This document shows, in pieces, positions 41,354 through 49,396 of a DNA stretch of 64,000 nt. Position numbers and translations under genes: made by a program. Below the pieces are notes generated by a model that saw only the letters and a list, made by a program, of their open reading frames with translations, was not told the origin of the DNA and did not search any database. Positions within the stretch are counted from its first letter, which is position 1, and each line of letters starts with the position of its first letter. Origin of the DNA: an uncultured virus (IMG/VR IMGVR_UViG_3300001533_001549) (taxonomy: Duplodnaviria > Heunggongvirae > Uroviricota > Caudoviricetes); IMG/VR virus record IMGVR_UViG_3300001533_001549. One strand, given 5' to 3'.

Positions 41354-41593
41354 TCATAGGAAAAGATTCAAACAGTTCTCATGAATGATTTCACAAGGAA
41401 TTTCTTGTTGAATATTGTCACAGATGTAATTAACTTTGTCGTTGATATCAATAACACCTCCGTTATCTGTGTCATACTGTTCAGAAAGTTCTCTTATGTG
41501 ATCCACACAAGTGTCGAAATTACACTCATCGACAGAGACAATGAATTGAAAACTTGGTACAGATTTATCCAGACTCACTTGAATGAATCTCAT
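41354..41593 (-). CDS. hypothetical protein
   Basis: TAATG coupling. Confidence 0.55.
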   Translation of the reverse strand: MRFIQVSLDKSVPSFQFIVSVDECNFDTCVDHIRELSEQYDTDNGGVIDINDKVNYICDNIQQEIPCEIIHENCLNLFL

Positions 41594-42153
41594 TATCTTT
41601 TCCTCGGTGTTTCTGTTCTAGGTTTCTGTCGTTCTTTTTGTAATTGTGCTGATGCGATGGCACGTGCTTTGTCACGTTCTTCTTTCTTCAGAATTTTTTC
41701 ACGTTCGTCTTGGATCCGATGATATAATTGATGTTCTTCGTGGTAGAGTTTAGAAAATTCTGTTGTAGAGATTTGATCCATAAGCACCGGCATGAATAGA
41801 TTTCTGATTGTTGTAATATCTTCAAGAGTTTTAGTATCAAAAGGAAAGTTAGTTGATTTCAAAGACATTCTTATATTGTCCTTTCCTTCAAGGTCACATC
41901 TACGATATAGTTCAATAAGCATTGAAATATCATCTGGAAATTTTCCCTTTTCCATTATGAATGATAGTCTTTGAATTATTTTTGTTTCTGTAAGCACAGT
42001 TTCATTGGTGTTTACTTCAACTTCAAATTCATTGTTTAATCGGATAAACGATCTGTGTTTGATTTTGTTAACAGGAACATCTTCCTCTGTTTCCAAAACA
42101 AGTTTCTTTTCTTTATAAACTTTAGTGATTTGTTTGATATATTCCATAATCAT
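41593..42153 (-). CDS. hypothetical protein
   Basis: 186-aa ORF in operon. Confidence 0.65.
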   Translation of the reverse strand: MIMEYIKQITKVYKEKKLVLETEEDVPVNKIKHRSFIRLNNEFEVEVNTNETVLTETKIIQRLSFIMEKGKFPDDISMLIELYRRCDLEGKDNIRMSLKSTNFPFDTKTLEDITTIRNLFMPVLMDQISTTEFSKLYHEEHQLYHRIQDEREKILKKEERDKARAIASAQLQKERQKPRTETPRKR

Positions 42154-42530
42154 CCAACCCTTCTTATAGTTTTAGAATCAGTTTTGATTTTGATAGTGCC
42201 GAATTCAGAGAACATTGGTTCGCTTTGATTGATGACATATGCAAAAGGCATATATCTTTTGGCTGCTTCTATGTCTTCGTCAATACAATCCTCATCAAAT
42301 GTGATACAAAGAAGTTCAATACAAGTACCGAAATCTGTATGTGTTTTAAGAACATGATACACAGTTACTTCATATTCTTTTTCGATACGTTTTACTTCTT
42401 GAAGAATTTCTACAGGAAGTAGTGTGGTTTCATTTTTGTAACTGAAAGTGATTATGTCTTTGTTATAATTGTTGATGACATAATCAGGAAACTTCATAAT
42501 TGACATCAATCTTTTAGCATGTTCTTTCAT
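42150..42530 (-). CDS. hypothetical protein
   Basis: MKEHAK start after GGAGG; VYHV...FG...SEFG motif common in Firmicutes mobile elements. Confidence 0.65.
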   Translation of the reverse strand: MKEHAKRLMSIMKFPDYVINNYNKDIITFSYKNETTLLPVEILQEVKRIEKEYEVTVYHVLKTHTDFGTCIELLCITFDEDCIDEDIEAAKRYMPFAYVINQSEPMFSEFGTIKIKTDSKTIRRVG

Positions 42531-42601
42531 GGTTCCTCCTTTGTATTCAAAGACTCCAGAAAAATTCCGGGGTCTTTGCGGTTGCAGACAGTGTACCAAG
42601 G

Positions 42602-42802
42602 TTACATGGAATGTGCTGTCTGTACTCTGATTACCCTATAGCCATAGGGTGAATCACTTTGATAAGTACATTCTCTGTTCAAAATACAGTATTCAGTGAG
42701 AAGATCGTTTGGGAATCCTTCACATATGGTTTCACCATAAGATGAAACAACAACGACATTCTCACTGGGTAACGCCCTTTTCAAAGCTTCTTCGAGTGTC
42801 AT
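42602..42802 (-). CDS. hypothetical protein
   Basis: TAATG coupling; RBS. Confidence 0.55.
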   Translation of the reverse strand: MTLEEALKRALPSENVVVVSSYGETICEGFPNDLLTEYCILNRECTYQSDSPYGYRVIRVQTAHSM

Positions 42803-43095
42803 TAAAATTCTCCTTTTCTTTTTATTATTTCAAACAGCATGAATGCGAAAACTTCAGGATGTTTTTTTGAACAAAGTTCGCAATGTTTTAATGCTAAAAA
42901 GAAATTATGAAAAGTTTTTATTGAAGCTTCTTCTTTACAAATGTTTTGTTGTACTTTGAACCAATGATTTAATAGTCCTCTTCTATAAATAGTGAGAAAT
43001 TTTTCACCATTTTTTATAGTTAAAACCTTGGACCATTTGGTATGAAGTCTTAAAAGAATCATACCGATACTGATAAGAATTACTCCCCACCACAT
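42802..43095 (-). CDS. small membrane-anchored protein
   Basis: N-terminal hydrophobic stretch. Confidence 0.55.
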   Translation of the reverse strand: MWWGVILISIGMILLRLHTKWSKVLTIKNGEKFLTIYRRGLLNHWFKVQQNICKEEASIKTFHNFFLALKHCELCSKKHPEVFAFMLFEIIKRKGEF

Positions 43096-43190
43096 TTATC
43101 TCATCTCCATTCTATGATGTACTCTTTTGAAAGGTAATAATTAAACATATGATTGCTCCTTTCTTAGTCATTGTCCGTTCTCAAACATAT

Positions 43191-43267
43191 TGGTGGACCC
43201 AACAGGACTCGAACCTGTGACCATCCGGTTATGAGCCGGGAGCTCTAACCATCTGAGCTATAGGTCC
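43191..43267 (-). tRNA. tRNA with CAU anticodon, most likely tRNA-Ile2 (lysidine)
   Basis: GGACCTATAGCTCAG...CCGG-CTCATAA-CCGG...GGTTCGAGTCC...GGTCCACCA; 77 nt with encoded CCA; acceptor stem resembles Bacillota Ile2. Confidence 0.9.
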
Positions 43268-43314
43268 ATAGATGAGGTGTTTGCAGGGGGGTTACAAACA
43301 CCTCATTACAAAGG

Positions 43315-43347
43315 GAGGATAACTTCCGCCTTATGGCTTATAACCTC
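43315..43347. repeat. 33-nt structured motif, copy 1
   Basis: GAGGATAACTTCCGCCTTATGGCTTATAACCTC; 31/33 identical to 45419-45451. Confidence 0.85.
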
Positions 43348-43388
43348 CGCTCATTGGCATATCCAAAAGGGATATGTCAATTTAAAGT

Positions 43389-43725
43389 TTATTCGTTATC
43401 TTCCTCAAATGGCAATTCAAGCTCTTCCATTCTCGTGATTAGCTCATTCTGAAAGCCACGAGTCATGAGATTATCCTTTAACTCCTTCTCATCCTGAATG
43501 ACCTGGTTGAACTCCAAAACAGCTTTGGTCACGAGGATCTTTTCGTACTCGCCGAGTTCATCCCAGTTATAAATCTGCTGTTCAAGGATCTCAGATTCTT
43601 CCAGATGATCATAATAATCATTGATGTCATCTGATTTCATAAGTAAAAGAGTCGTCCCCAGTGAACAAAAAATGAAAGCCACCACATAAAAGNNNNNNNN
43701 NNNNNNNNNNNNNTAAATAACATTA
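43389..43725 (-). CDS. membrane-anchored hypothetical protein (5' end crosses an N-gap)
   Basis: Hydrophobic N-terminus; N run at 43693-43713 makes the start uncertain. Confidence 0.5.
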
Positions 43726-43745
43726 GTATATCCTCCTTATTATAT

Positions 43746-44390
43746 TTATGTGGGTTTTGAAACAATCTCGATTTTGCCATCAAGGACAAAATGTTTTGTA
43801 TTTTTTCTTCGGCCTTGAATAGACTTGCATTTGATGGAATAATAAGCAAAGCAGACTGCATAATAGTTAATATTCTGTGCGTTAATGTTCCATGCATTGA
43901 TGTCCTGTGCGTTGATATCATATGCGTTGATGTCCTGTGCATTGATGTCCTGTGCGTTGATGTTCCGTGCATCGATGTCCCCTGCGTTGATGTTCCATGC
44001 TTTGATTCCCTGTGCTTTGATGTCCTGTGCATTAATGTTTTGTGTGTTGATATCCTCTGCGTTAATATTTTGTGCGTTGATATCCTCTACGTTAATGTCA
44101 TATGCGTTGATGTCCTGTGCATTGATATCATATGCATTGATGTTCCGTGCATCAATGTCATATGCGTTAATGTCCCATGCATTGATGTCCTGTGCGTTGA
44201 TGTTCCATGTTTTGATATCCAATGCTTTAACGTTCCGTGCATAGATATCCCCTGCGTTGATATGTGAATGGATAGATAAGTTGAAGTCAAACTTGACATT
44301 AAGACTTTGATCATCCTCGATAAATTCGTAGGTATTGGTTCTCTTATTATAGTAGGGTTTCATTTCCTCAAGATTGTTAAATGTCTTCAT
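43746..44390 (-). CDS. pentapeptide-repeat protein ([D/N]-I-N-A-x)n
   Basis: About 26 tandem five-residue units such as DINAQ/NINAY/DIDAR, encoded by 15-nt tandem repeats. Confidence 0.85.
   Translation of the reverse strand: MKTFNNLEEMKPYYNKRTNTYEFIEDDQSLNVKFDFNLSIHSHINAGDIYARNVKALDIKTWNINAQDINAWDINAYDIDARNINAYDINAQDINAYDINVEDINAQNINAEDINTQNINAQDIKAQGIKAWNINAGDIDARNINAQDINAQDINAYDINAQDINAWNINAQNINYYAVCFAYYSIKCKSIQGRRKNTKHFVLDGKIEIVSKPT
43866..44262. repeat. 15-nt coding tandem repeat
   Basis: Unit ~TGCGTTGATGTCCTG on the + strand. Confidence 0.85.
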
Positions 44391-44411
44391 TTTTCTCTCC
44401 TATTTTGTAAT

Positions 44412-44732
44412 TTAGTTTTTTTCTGTAATGAACAGGAAGAGTGTATCATTGATCTGCACATAGTCTTTCAACACATATTTGTCAAAAGTCGTGTGGTGCG
44501 GCGGTATGATCGACATTCCGTTCAATACATAACCGACATCTAAAGGACTGGTGATTGACATGCCGAGCTCTGTCATGAAGAAGTCCCGCAGGCTTTTTTT
44601 TTCTTCCAGGATATCTTCGATTTCACGGCGCGCGCAATGAAGGCCGTCACGAAAGCCTTCGTGATACCTGTCATTGATCACGTCACCCGTTCTTTTTTCG
44701 ACAGCTTCTCTGATTTTTTCAAGTTTTGTCAT
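44412..44732 (-). CDS. hypothetical protein
   Basis: RBS GAGG; YHEGFRDG motif. Confidence 0.6.
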   Translation of the reverse strand: MTKLEKIREAVEKRTGDVINDRYHEGFRDGLHCARREIEDILEEKKSLRDFFMTELGMSITSPLDVGYVLNGMSIIPPHHTTFDKYVLKDYVQINDTLFLFITEKN

Positions 44733-44737
44733 GTCAG

Positions 44738-44974
44738 TTACCTCAACGCGTCTTCTGCTTTGTCGATCTCAAACAGATTAATACCGTTGACTTCTACAAG
44801 CAATGTACCAACATAATCAAATGTGTAATTTTTATAATCACTGAAACAGTCACTAATATTAAAGCTGACCGTTGTGTATATGCCACCTGATACCATTCCT
44901 AGCTGTTCCACTTTAATATTTTTTGCGAGAGGGAACTTTTTTAGAATCCTTACTTTGATGTCTTCTTTTGTCAT
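44738..44974 (-). CDS. hypothetical protein
   Basis: RBS AAGGAG. Confidence 0.6.
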   Translation of the reverse strand: MTKEDIKVRILKKFPLAKNIKVEQLGMVSGGIYTTVSFNISDCFSDYKNYTFDYVGTLLVEVNGINLFEIDKAEDALR

Positions 44975-45134
44975 ATAGGTCTCCTTAGATATTTACCATG
45001 TGGTTCTTCAGGAACATCACGCCAGACATGAAGAGCTTGAACTCTTCATAGTTTCTAATCTTTGCAACTTCTCATTAATCTTCTTTTGAAGTTCTTTGAC
45101 ACTGTTAAATGTTTTCATTTATTTTCTCCTTTAA

Positions 45135-45619
45135 TAAAGGGTACTGCCATGGTGTCAAACCATGGCAGCACCACCACGTGGGTTGGGGAGGCTCCTGGGT
45201 ACCACAGTACTCCCTCGCGCAACTTAGTTTCAGGCGCAAACTAGATACCTGCTCAGAGCGGCCAAGCTCTTGGCTGTTCGCTTGCGTCTGATAGTTGCTG
45301 AGACGGCGTAGCAACTATCGAAAGGCATAGCACTTCTTTAAATGGTGTGCCGTCTGCTTGGTTGGCTAAGTCCAAGCAATCCCATAACCCTGCGATACAG
45401 GGAAGAAGTCATAAAGATGAGGATAACTTCCGCCTTACGGTTTATAACCTCATACAGTACCACCGTAATGATACCTTCAGGGTGTCTAATAGACACCTCA
45501 AAGTTTTTGATCGGGGGGTTTGTGCACAATATTGTGCACAGAAAGGAGAATGTGTCCTGTGCCGGAATCGAACCGGCGAGGCCCAAACAGGACATATGAT
45601 AGGGCGATGAACGCCCTAT
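45135..45619 (-). ncRNA. putative large structured ncRNA tract
   Basis: GC-richer intergenic tract with ~11 consecutive hairpins, a T-arm mini-tRNA module and the 33-nt repeat; its ORFs lack RBS and look non-coding. Confidence 0.55.
45419..45451. repeat. 33-nt structured motif, copy 2
   Basis: GAGGATAACTTCCGCCTTACGGTTTATAACCTC. Confidence 0.85.
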
Positions 45620-45807
45620 AGTTGTTTCAAAGCATCCTCGATGATTTGAAATTCGTCATCGAAGTTCAAGTCAGCCATTGAAAATTCAATGGCCACAATT
45701 CTGTCTTCTTCCCAAATTATTTTTTGATAAATGCCATCTATCTGATAGACAACTTTTTGAGTCTCTATTTTTTTAAGCGCCGCAAGCGCTTCTTCTTTAA
45801 GACTCAT
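45616..45807 (-). CDS. hypothetical protein
   Basis: ATGA coupling. Confidence 0.55.
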   Translation of the reverse strand: MSLKEEALAALKKIETQKVVYQIDGIYQKIIWEEDRIVAIEFSMADLNFDDEFQIIEDALKQL

Positions 45808-46040
45808 ATGTTAAGTTGAACAATCTGTTCTATTGCTTGATCATATAGTTGTTTGATGGCAATCAAAACTTCCTTTGGATGACCGTTCAGAATTGTTGTA
45901 ACATTATGTTCTCCTTCACCATCAGGTTGTGCAAGGATCGCGGCAATAACAGTATCATTATCAGAAATTCTCCTGATGTTATTTTGATTCAAAGTCTTTG
46001 TCGGATCATCAAAAATTTCATTGACTATGATGATTGGCAT
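45804..46040 (-). CDS. hypothetical protein
   Basis: RBS GGAGG. Confidence 0.6.
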   Translation of the reverse strand: MPIIIVNEIFDDPTKTLNQNNIRRISDNDTVIAAILAQPDGEGEHNVTTILNGHPKEVLIAIKQLYDQAIEQIVQLNI

Positions 46041-46041
46041 A

Positions 46042-46710
46042 TCATTCCTCCAATGTTTTTAAAAATTCTTTATAGATTCCACCATATCCGGTATCAATCA
46101 AAAGATTGATTTTGGTTATGATTCGCTCTCTGTTAAAACATGTAATGCCTATAAATCCTTTACTGTAAACATTCAGGATTTTTTCAGGTGCTGCATGTGA
46201 TAATGAGAAATCTTTTAAATCATATTTTTGAATAAGAAAATTTTTGTATGTCTCATCAACCAGAACAGCTGAATCATATTGTCCAAATGTGCTATCAATT
46301 TGAGGATACAAACCTTCCTTGGTTATCATCCAGTAAAACTTTAAAACAGATTTCTTTGGGTACTCTAACGGATTCTTCCGTTTCGCCCAAAATGTTTGAA
46401 CGTCATCACACATTTTTATGAATGACATAAATGTTGGACGTTCCCGTTCAAAGTACACAGCTTTCAAAAATGCAAGTTGTTCTGTGAATAACATAGGATA
46501 TAAAATACTCCATAAGTATCTTTGGAATGTCTTAGGAGACATCCCATCCAAAAGCTTGATCATTTTGAAATATGCCAGTAGAAATCCGAAGAGGGGATTA
46601 TATAAATCCCCTTCTTCAGGTTCCACCCGTACGCTGTGGATTTCCTTGTCAAATTTTTCCTGGAACACGATCGTTGTTCGTGTCCCCTTGAAATACGGAT
46701 AGAAAATCAT
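46042..46710 (-). CDS. hypothetical protein
   Basis: MIFYPYF start after AAGGAG. Confidence 0.6.
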   Translation of the reverse strand: MIFYPYFKGTRTTIVFQEKFDKEIHSVRVEPEEGDLYNPLFGFLLAYFKMIKLLDGMSPKTFQRYLWSILYPMLFTEQLAFLKAVYFERERPTFMSFIKMCDDVQTFWAKRKNPLEYPKKSVLKFYWMITKEGLYPQIDSTFGQYDSAVLVDETYKNFLIQKYDLKDFSLSHAAPEKILNVYSKGFIGITCFNRERIITKINLLIDTGYGGIYKEFLKTLEE

Positions 46711-46957
46711 ATAAACTCCTTTCTTTCCCAGGTTTCTTGTGATGCTTATGGCAGAATTGGCGGTACTCCACAAAATCATCAGAGACCCTATAAGGTCTCT
46801 TTGAAAATAATCCTACAACCAATCCCACAGGTTGGACAAGTTCTGATCTGGATCGTTGAACAGGGTCCTTGTAGAACAGTCCATCATGGATGATATCTTT
46901 TTCCGTGACATCCATGATGACCTGCAGATTGTTAATAACAACAATGGCATACATCAA
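46649..46957 (-). CDS. hypothetical protein
   Basis: Coupled to the upstream gene; 3' overlap uncertain. Confidence 0.45.
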   Translation of the reverse strand: MMYAIVVINNLQVIMDVTEKDIIHDGLFYKDPVQRSRSELVQPVGLVVGLFSKRPYRVSDDFVEYRQFCHKHHKKPGKERSLYDFLSVFQGDTNNDRVPGKI

Positions 46958-47193
46958 ATTGCCTTCAATTCTTCTTCTCCGAAAGTGTTGAAACCTTCCC
47001 CATGACTGTGGGATTGAAACCCTTCATCGTCCATTTGAACGACATAGGGTCCAATCGGGATTTCATCTTGACCCAAAATCTTCACAATGGTTCCCTTGAA
47101 AACATGATTCTTTGGAAATTCTTGGATCGGGCCTTGGGTGCAGGACATTTTTCCTGCAGCAGTGAGTTTAACTCTTTGTCCTTCTTTAAACAT
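46954..47193 (-). CDS. small SH3-like (KOW-type) protein
   Basis: FKEGQRVKL...GTIVKI...YVVQMD...EEELK pattern. Confidence 0.6.
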   Translation of the reverse strand: MFKEGQRVKLTAAGKMSCTQGPIQEFPKNHVFKGTIVKILGQDEIPIGPYVVQMDDEGFQSHSHGEGFNTFGEEELKAI

Positions 47194-47419
47194 GTTTTTC
47201 CTCCATAACTAACAATGCGTCAGTGTATGCTGTCGCAACATTGATGACCTCCAAGAGATCCGAGAAAAGTTTGTCACCGGTTTCGATTGTGTCGGGAGCA
47301 AATTTGAGTTGGTTTTCAAGTTGTTTGAGAAATCCTGTTGTAAGTGGATATTTTTCCGGAGTATCAAATACTCTGGTCAGTCTTAGCCATTCAACCTTTT
47401 TTGCTAATTCTTTTTTCAT
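47186..47419 (-). CDS. hypothetical protein
   Basis: RBS AAGGAG. Confidence 0.6.
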   Translation of the reverse strand: MKKELAKKVEWLRLTRVFDTPEKYPLTTGFLKQLENQLKFAPDTIETGDKLFSDLLEVINVATAYTDALLVMEEKHV

Positions 47420-47548
47420 GTTTTTCTCCTTTCATCTTTATTATCCAAAGCAGTACTTCAGATAATGAAGATGTTCAGGACAACTTCCTCCGCGATACGG
47501 AATAGAACCTGAACTTCGAGCCTGAGCTCGTTGAAGTTTTTGATCGAA

Positions 47549-47719
47549 TCAATAAATCTTGTAGTACAGGCCGCCGGAAAGCTCTCGAATCTCTTCGAGA
47601 GTATAGGCTCTGGTTATTTCACCATTCATGAGCGCTTCTTCTAGAGCATACAAAGTGCCCATGGGCGTACCGATTTCAACCAATGCTTCTCCATTCAGAG
47701 TGAGTTTGATATTCGCCAT
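47549..47719 (-). CDS. small hypothetical protein (56 aa; not in ORF track)
   Basis: Hand-translated MANIKLTLNGEALVEIGTPMG...; RBS AAGGAG. Confidence 0.5.
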   Translation of the reverse strand: MANIKLTLNGEALVEIGTPMGTLYALEEALMNGEITRAYTLEEIRELSGGLYYKIY

Positions 47720-47784
47720 AATGTTCTCCTTTCTTCTTATTCTAGCTGCCCTTTAGGGCTTTTAAAAAAGGGGGGGACCCCCCA

Positions 47785-48102
47785 CTACTGAGCTGGTTTT
47801 TGCTCAGTAGTGGAGGGAGCGGACGGAGTCTGCGTGTCTTCCCACTTGCGGAATACACGAACGGCGCCTTTCCGTTCGGGTCCCTTGGGGGGTTTCCAAG
47901 AGACGTCTTCCGCATGGAAAACTTCTTCAACAGCGGCGGAGCCGTTGGTGAAAAGTTCTTCCAAATCCACTGCCAAACGCAGCGGCTTCTCGGGAATGTG
48001 AATAACTTTCCCGGGACTCTGCTCCCAATCCCTGGCCTGGGTCACCGTCTCCATGAGATGGTCACTTTCCTTTGCCAGTTTCGCTGAGTAAACATATGCC
48101 AT
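47785..48102 (-). CDS. first gene of the minus arm, hypothetical
   Basis: MAYVYSAK start after AAGGAGG. Confidence 0.65.
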   Translation of the reverse strand: MAYVYSAKLAKESDHLMETVTQARDWEQSPGKVIHIPEKPLRLAVDLEELFTNGSAAVEEVFHAEDVSWKPPKGPERKGAVRVFRKWEDTQTPSAPSTTEQKPAQ

Positions 48103-48695
48103 GATAATTCCTCCTTTGGGGTAACGGGGGTGAGCGTACACGATTAGTGGGAGTGTTTTTAATATAACTTGCGAAGCGATGCAGGGCAGAGAGAAGCTGG
48201 ACGAAGTCCTTTAGTAGTTGTGGACAGGTCATATTCTTATACTCTAGTTATAATGGAAAAGAAGGGAAATGTAAATAGTTAAATCACCACCCGACATAAC
48301 AGGCAACTGCATAAATAAATTACTGATAAGACTCACGAGGGTAAGCCGATCACAGCATGTGCTGCACATTGTAAACACCGAACGAGTTCGGTGTGTGCCT
48401 GATGGTGTTTCGGCTTTGGCGCGTCCTTAAATGGTTGCTGGTTGCAATGTGCGTATGCCATGATATGGGGGTGGTTCTTAAATGGATGTTGTCATTCTGG
48501 GGTATGTATATATATATATATACTAGTAACAAAACCCACCCCGAATCAGGTAGTATAAGTCAGAGCTCCAATGTTTCACAAGGTTTCACAGAGCACCCTC
48601 AGCAACGAACCCGTGTGTTTCTTTTATATCCACGTTCCGTGGATACTTTAGTTTCTCTTATTCCTAAACTTATTAAATTCTAAATAACGTTATAA

Positions 48696-48794
48696 AAGTA
48701 GTATAAGAGTAGTATAAGAGTAGTATATCTTAAAACCCTTTAAAGGGCTTAACTAAAAGGAGTAAGTAGTATAAGTAGTATAAGTAGTATAAGT
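48696..48794 (+). repeat. iteron-like AGTAGTATAAG repeats (11-nt period x3, 9-nt period x3)
   Basis: aagtagtataagagtagtataagagtagtata and aagtagtataagtagtataagtagtataagt flank CCCTTTAAAGGG (48736-48747). Confidence 0.85.
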
Positions 48795-48929
48795 CTTAAA
48801 CAAACTCTTGAAGGTCTTCTCACATGCGCAAATATATAGAATATATAGCATTCTCTCAGAAAAAAACTCTTAGGGGAACCCCTACTTCTACTACCTATAC
48901 AACTTGCCGATTTTTTGTTTACAAAGGTA

Positions 48930-48958
48930 TTGCGGATCGGAAAGTTCTATGGTAGAAT
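48930..48958 (+). promoter_or_regulatory. sigma70-type promoter for the plus arm
   Basis: TTGCGG, 17-nt spacer, TAGAAT with TG extension. Confidence 0.55.
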
Positions 48959-48975
48959 AAGGTTGAGGTGATAAG

Positions 48976-49365
48976 ATGTTCACTCAGAAAGACCTTGAGA
49001 ATTTCAAGGGAAAGTACCCGCGGATCGAGCCGTTGGGGATAGGCTACGCCAAGGTCACCAGGACCACGGAGAACCCGACCTACCAGGACGGGACCAGAAC
49101 CGACCTCCGTTCGATCGACCCCAAGCTCAGGCTCACTGTGGATGACAAAATCCTCGACCTCTACGAGGACATCGTGGTGTACGCGGCGGCGCACGGTCTG
49201 GACCCGCTCCTGATCTCGATGCGTGTCACCAACGCGCATGCCCGCAACGGGCGCGGACGGTTCAACCGTGCCGCAGCCAAGCTCGCGCTGATGAGGATCG
49301 TCTCGGAGGCCAAGACACCGGAGGACCGCATGTGGCACGCGGCCGCCGAGCTGGAGGCCCGGTGA
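48976..49365 (+). CDS. hypothetical protein
   Basis: RBS GAGGTG; high-GC3 codon pattern. Confidence 0.7.
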   Translation: MFTQKDLENFKGKYPRIEPLGIGYAKVTRTTENPTYQDGTRTDLRSIDPKLRLTVDDKILDLYEDIVVYAAAHGLDPLLISMRVTNAHARNGRGRFNRAAAKLALMRIVSEAKTPEDRMWHAAAELEAR

Positions 49366-49396
49366 GCGCCGGGCCCTCACGACAGGAGACATTGAC

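Larger units (their letters stand above)
48105..48975. other. divergent non-coding control region; candidate replication origin or genome-end region
   Basis: (TA)n palindrome at 48506-48523, GTAGTATAAG repeats and a CCCTTTAAAGGG palindrome; strand switch. Confidence 0.6.

Noticed and set aside
43866..44262. Repeat array as CRISPR or DGR template
   Set aside because: The units are contiguous in-frame 15-mers with no spacers, and no reverse transcriptase or cas operon is present.
44986..45118. Possible programmed frameshift in a small ORF (MKTFNSVKELQKKINEKLQ.. continuing in another frame as IRNYEEFKLF..)
   Set aside because: A single-base indel in a short A-run is equally explained by sequencing error in an assembly with N-gaps; reads are needed.
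45105..45610. Short ORFs, or tmRNA/RNase P RNA, in the structured tract
   Set aside because: The ORFs lack RBS and have atypical composition. I found no tmRNA ends or tag and no RNase P GAGGAAAGUCC signature.
48322..48350. Hammerhead ribozyme (CTGATAAG...)
   Set aside because: It lacks the CUGAUGA/GAAA core and the required stems.
48696..48794. Mini-CRISPR array
   Set aside because: The repeats are 9-11 nt tandem units without unique spacers.
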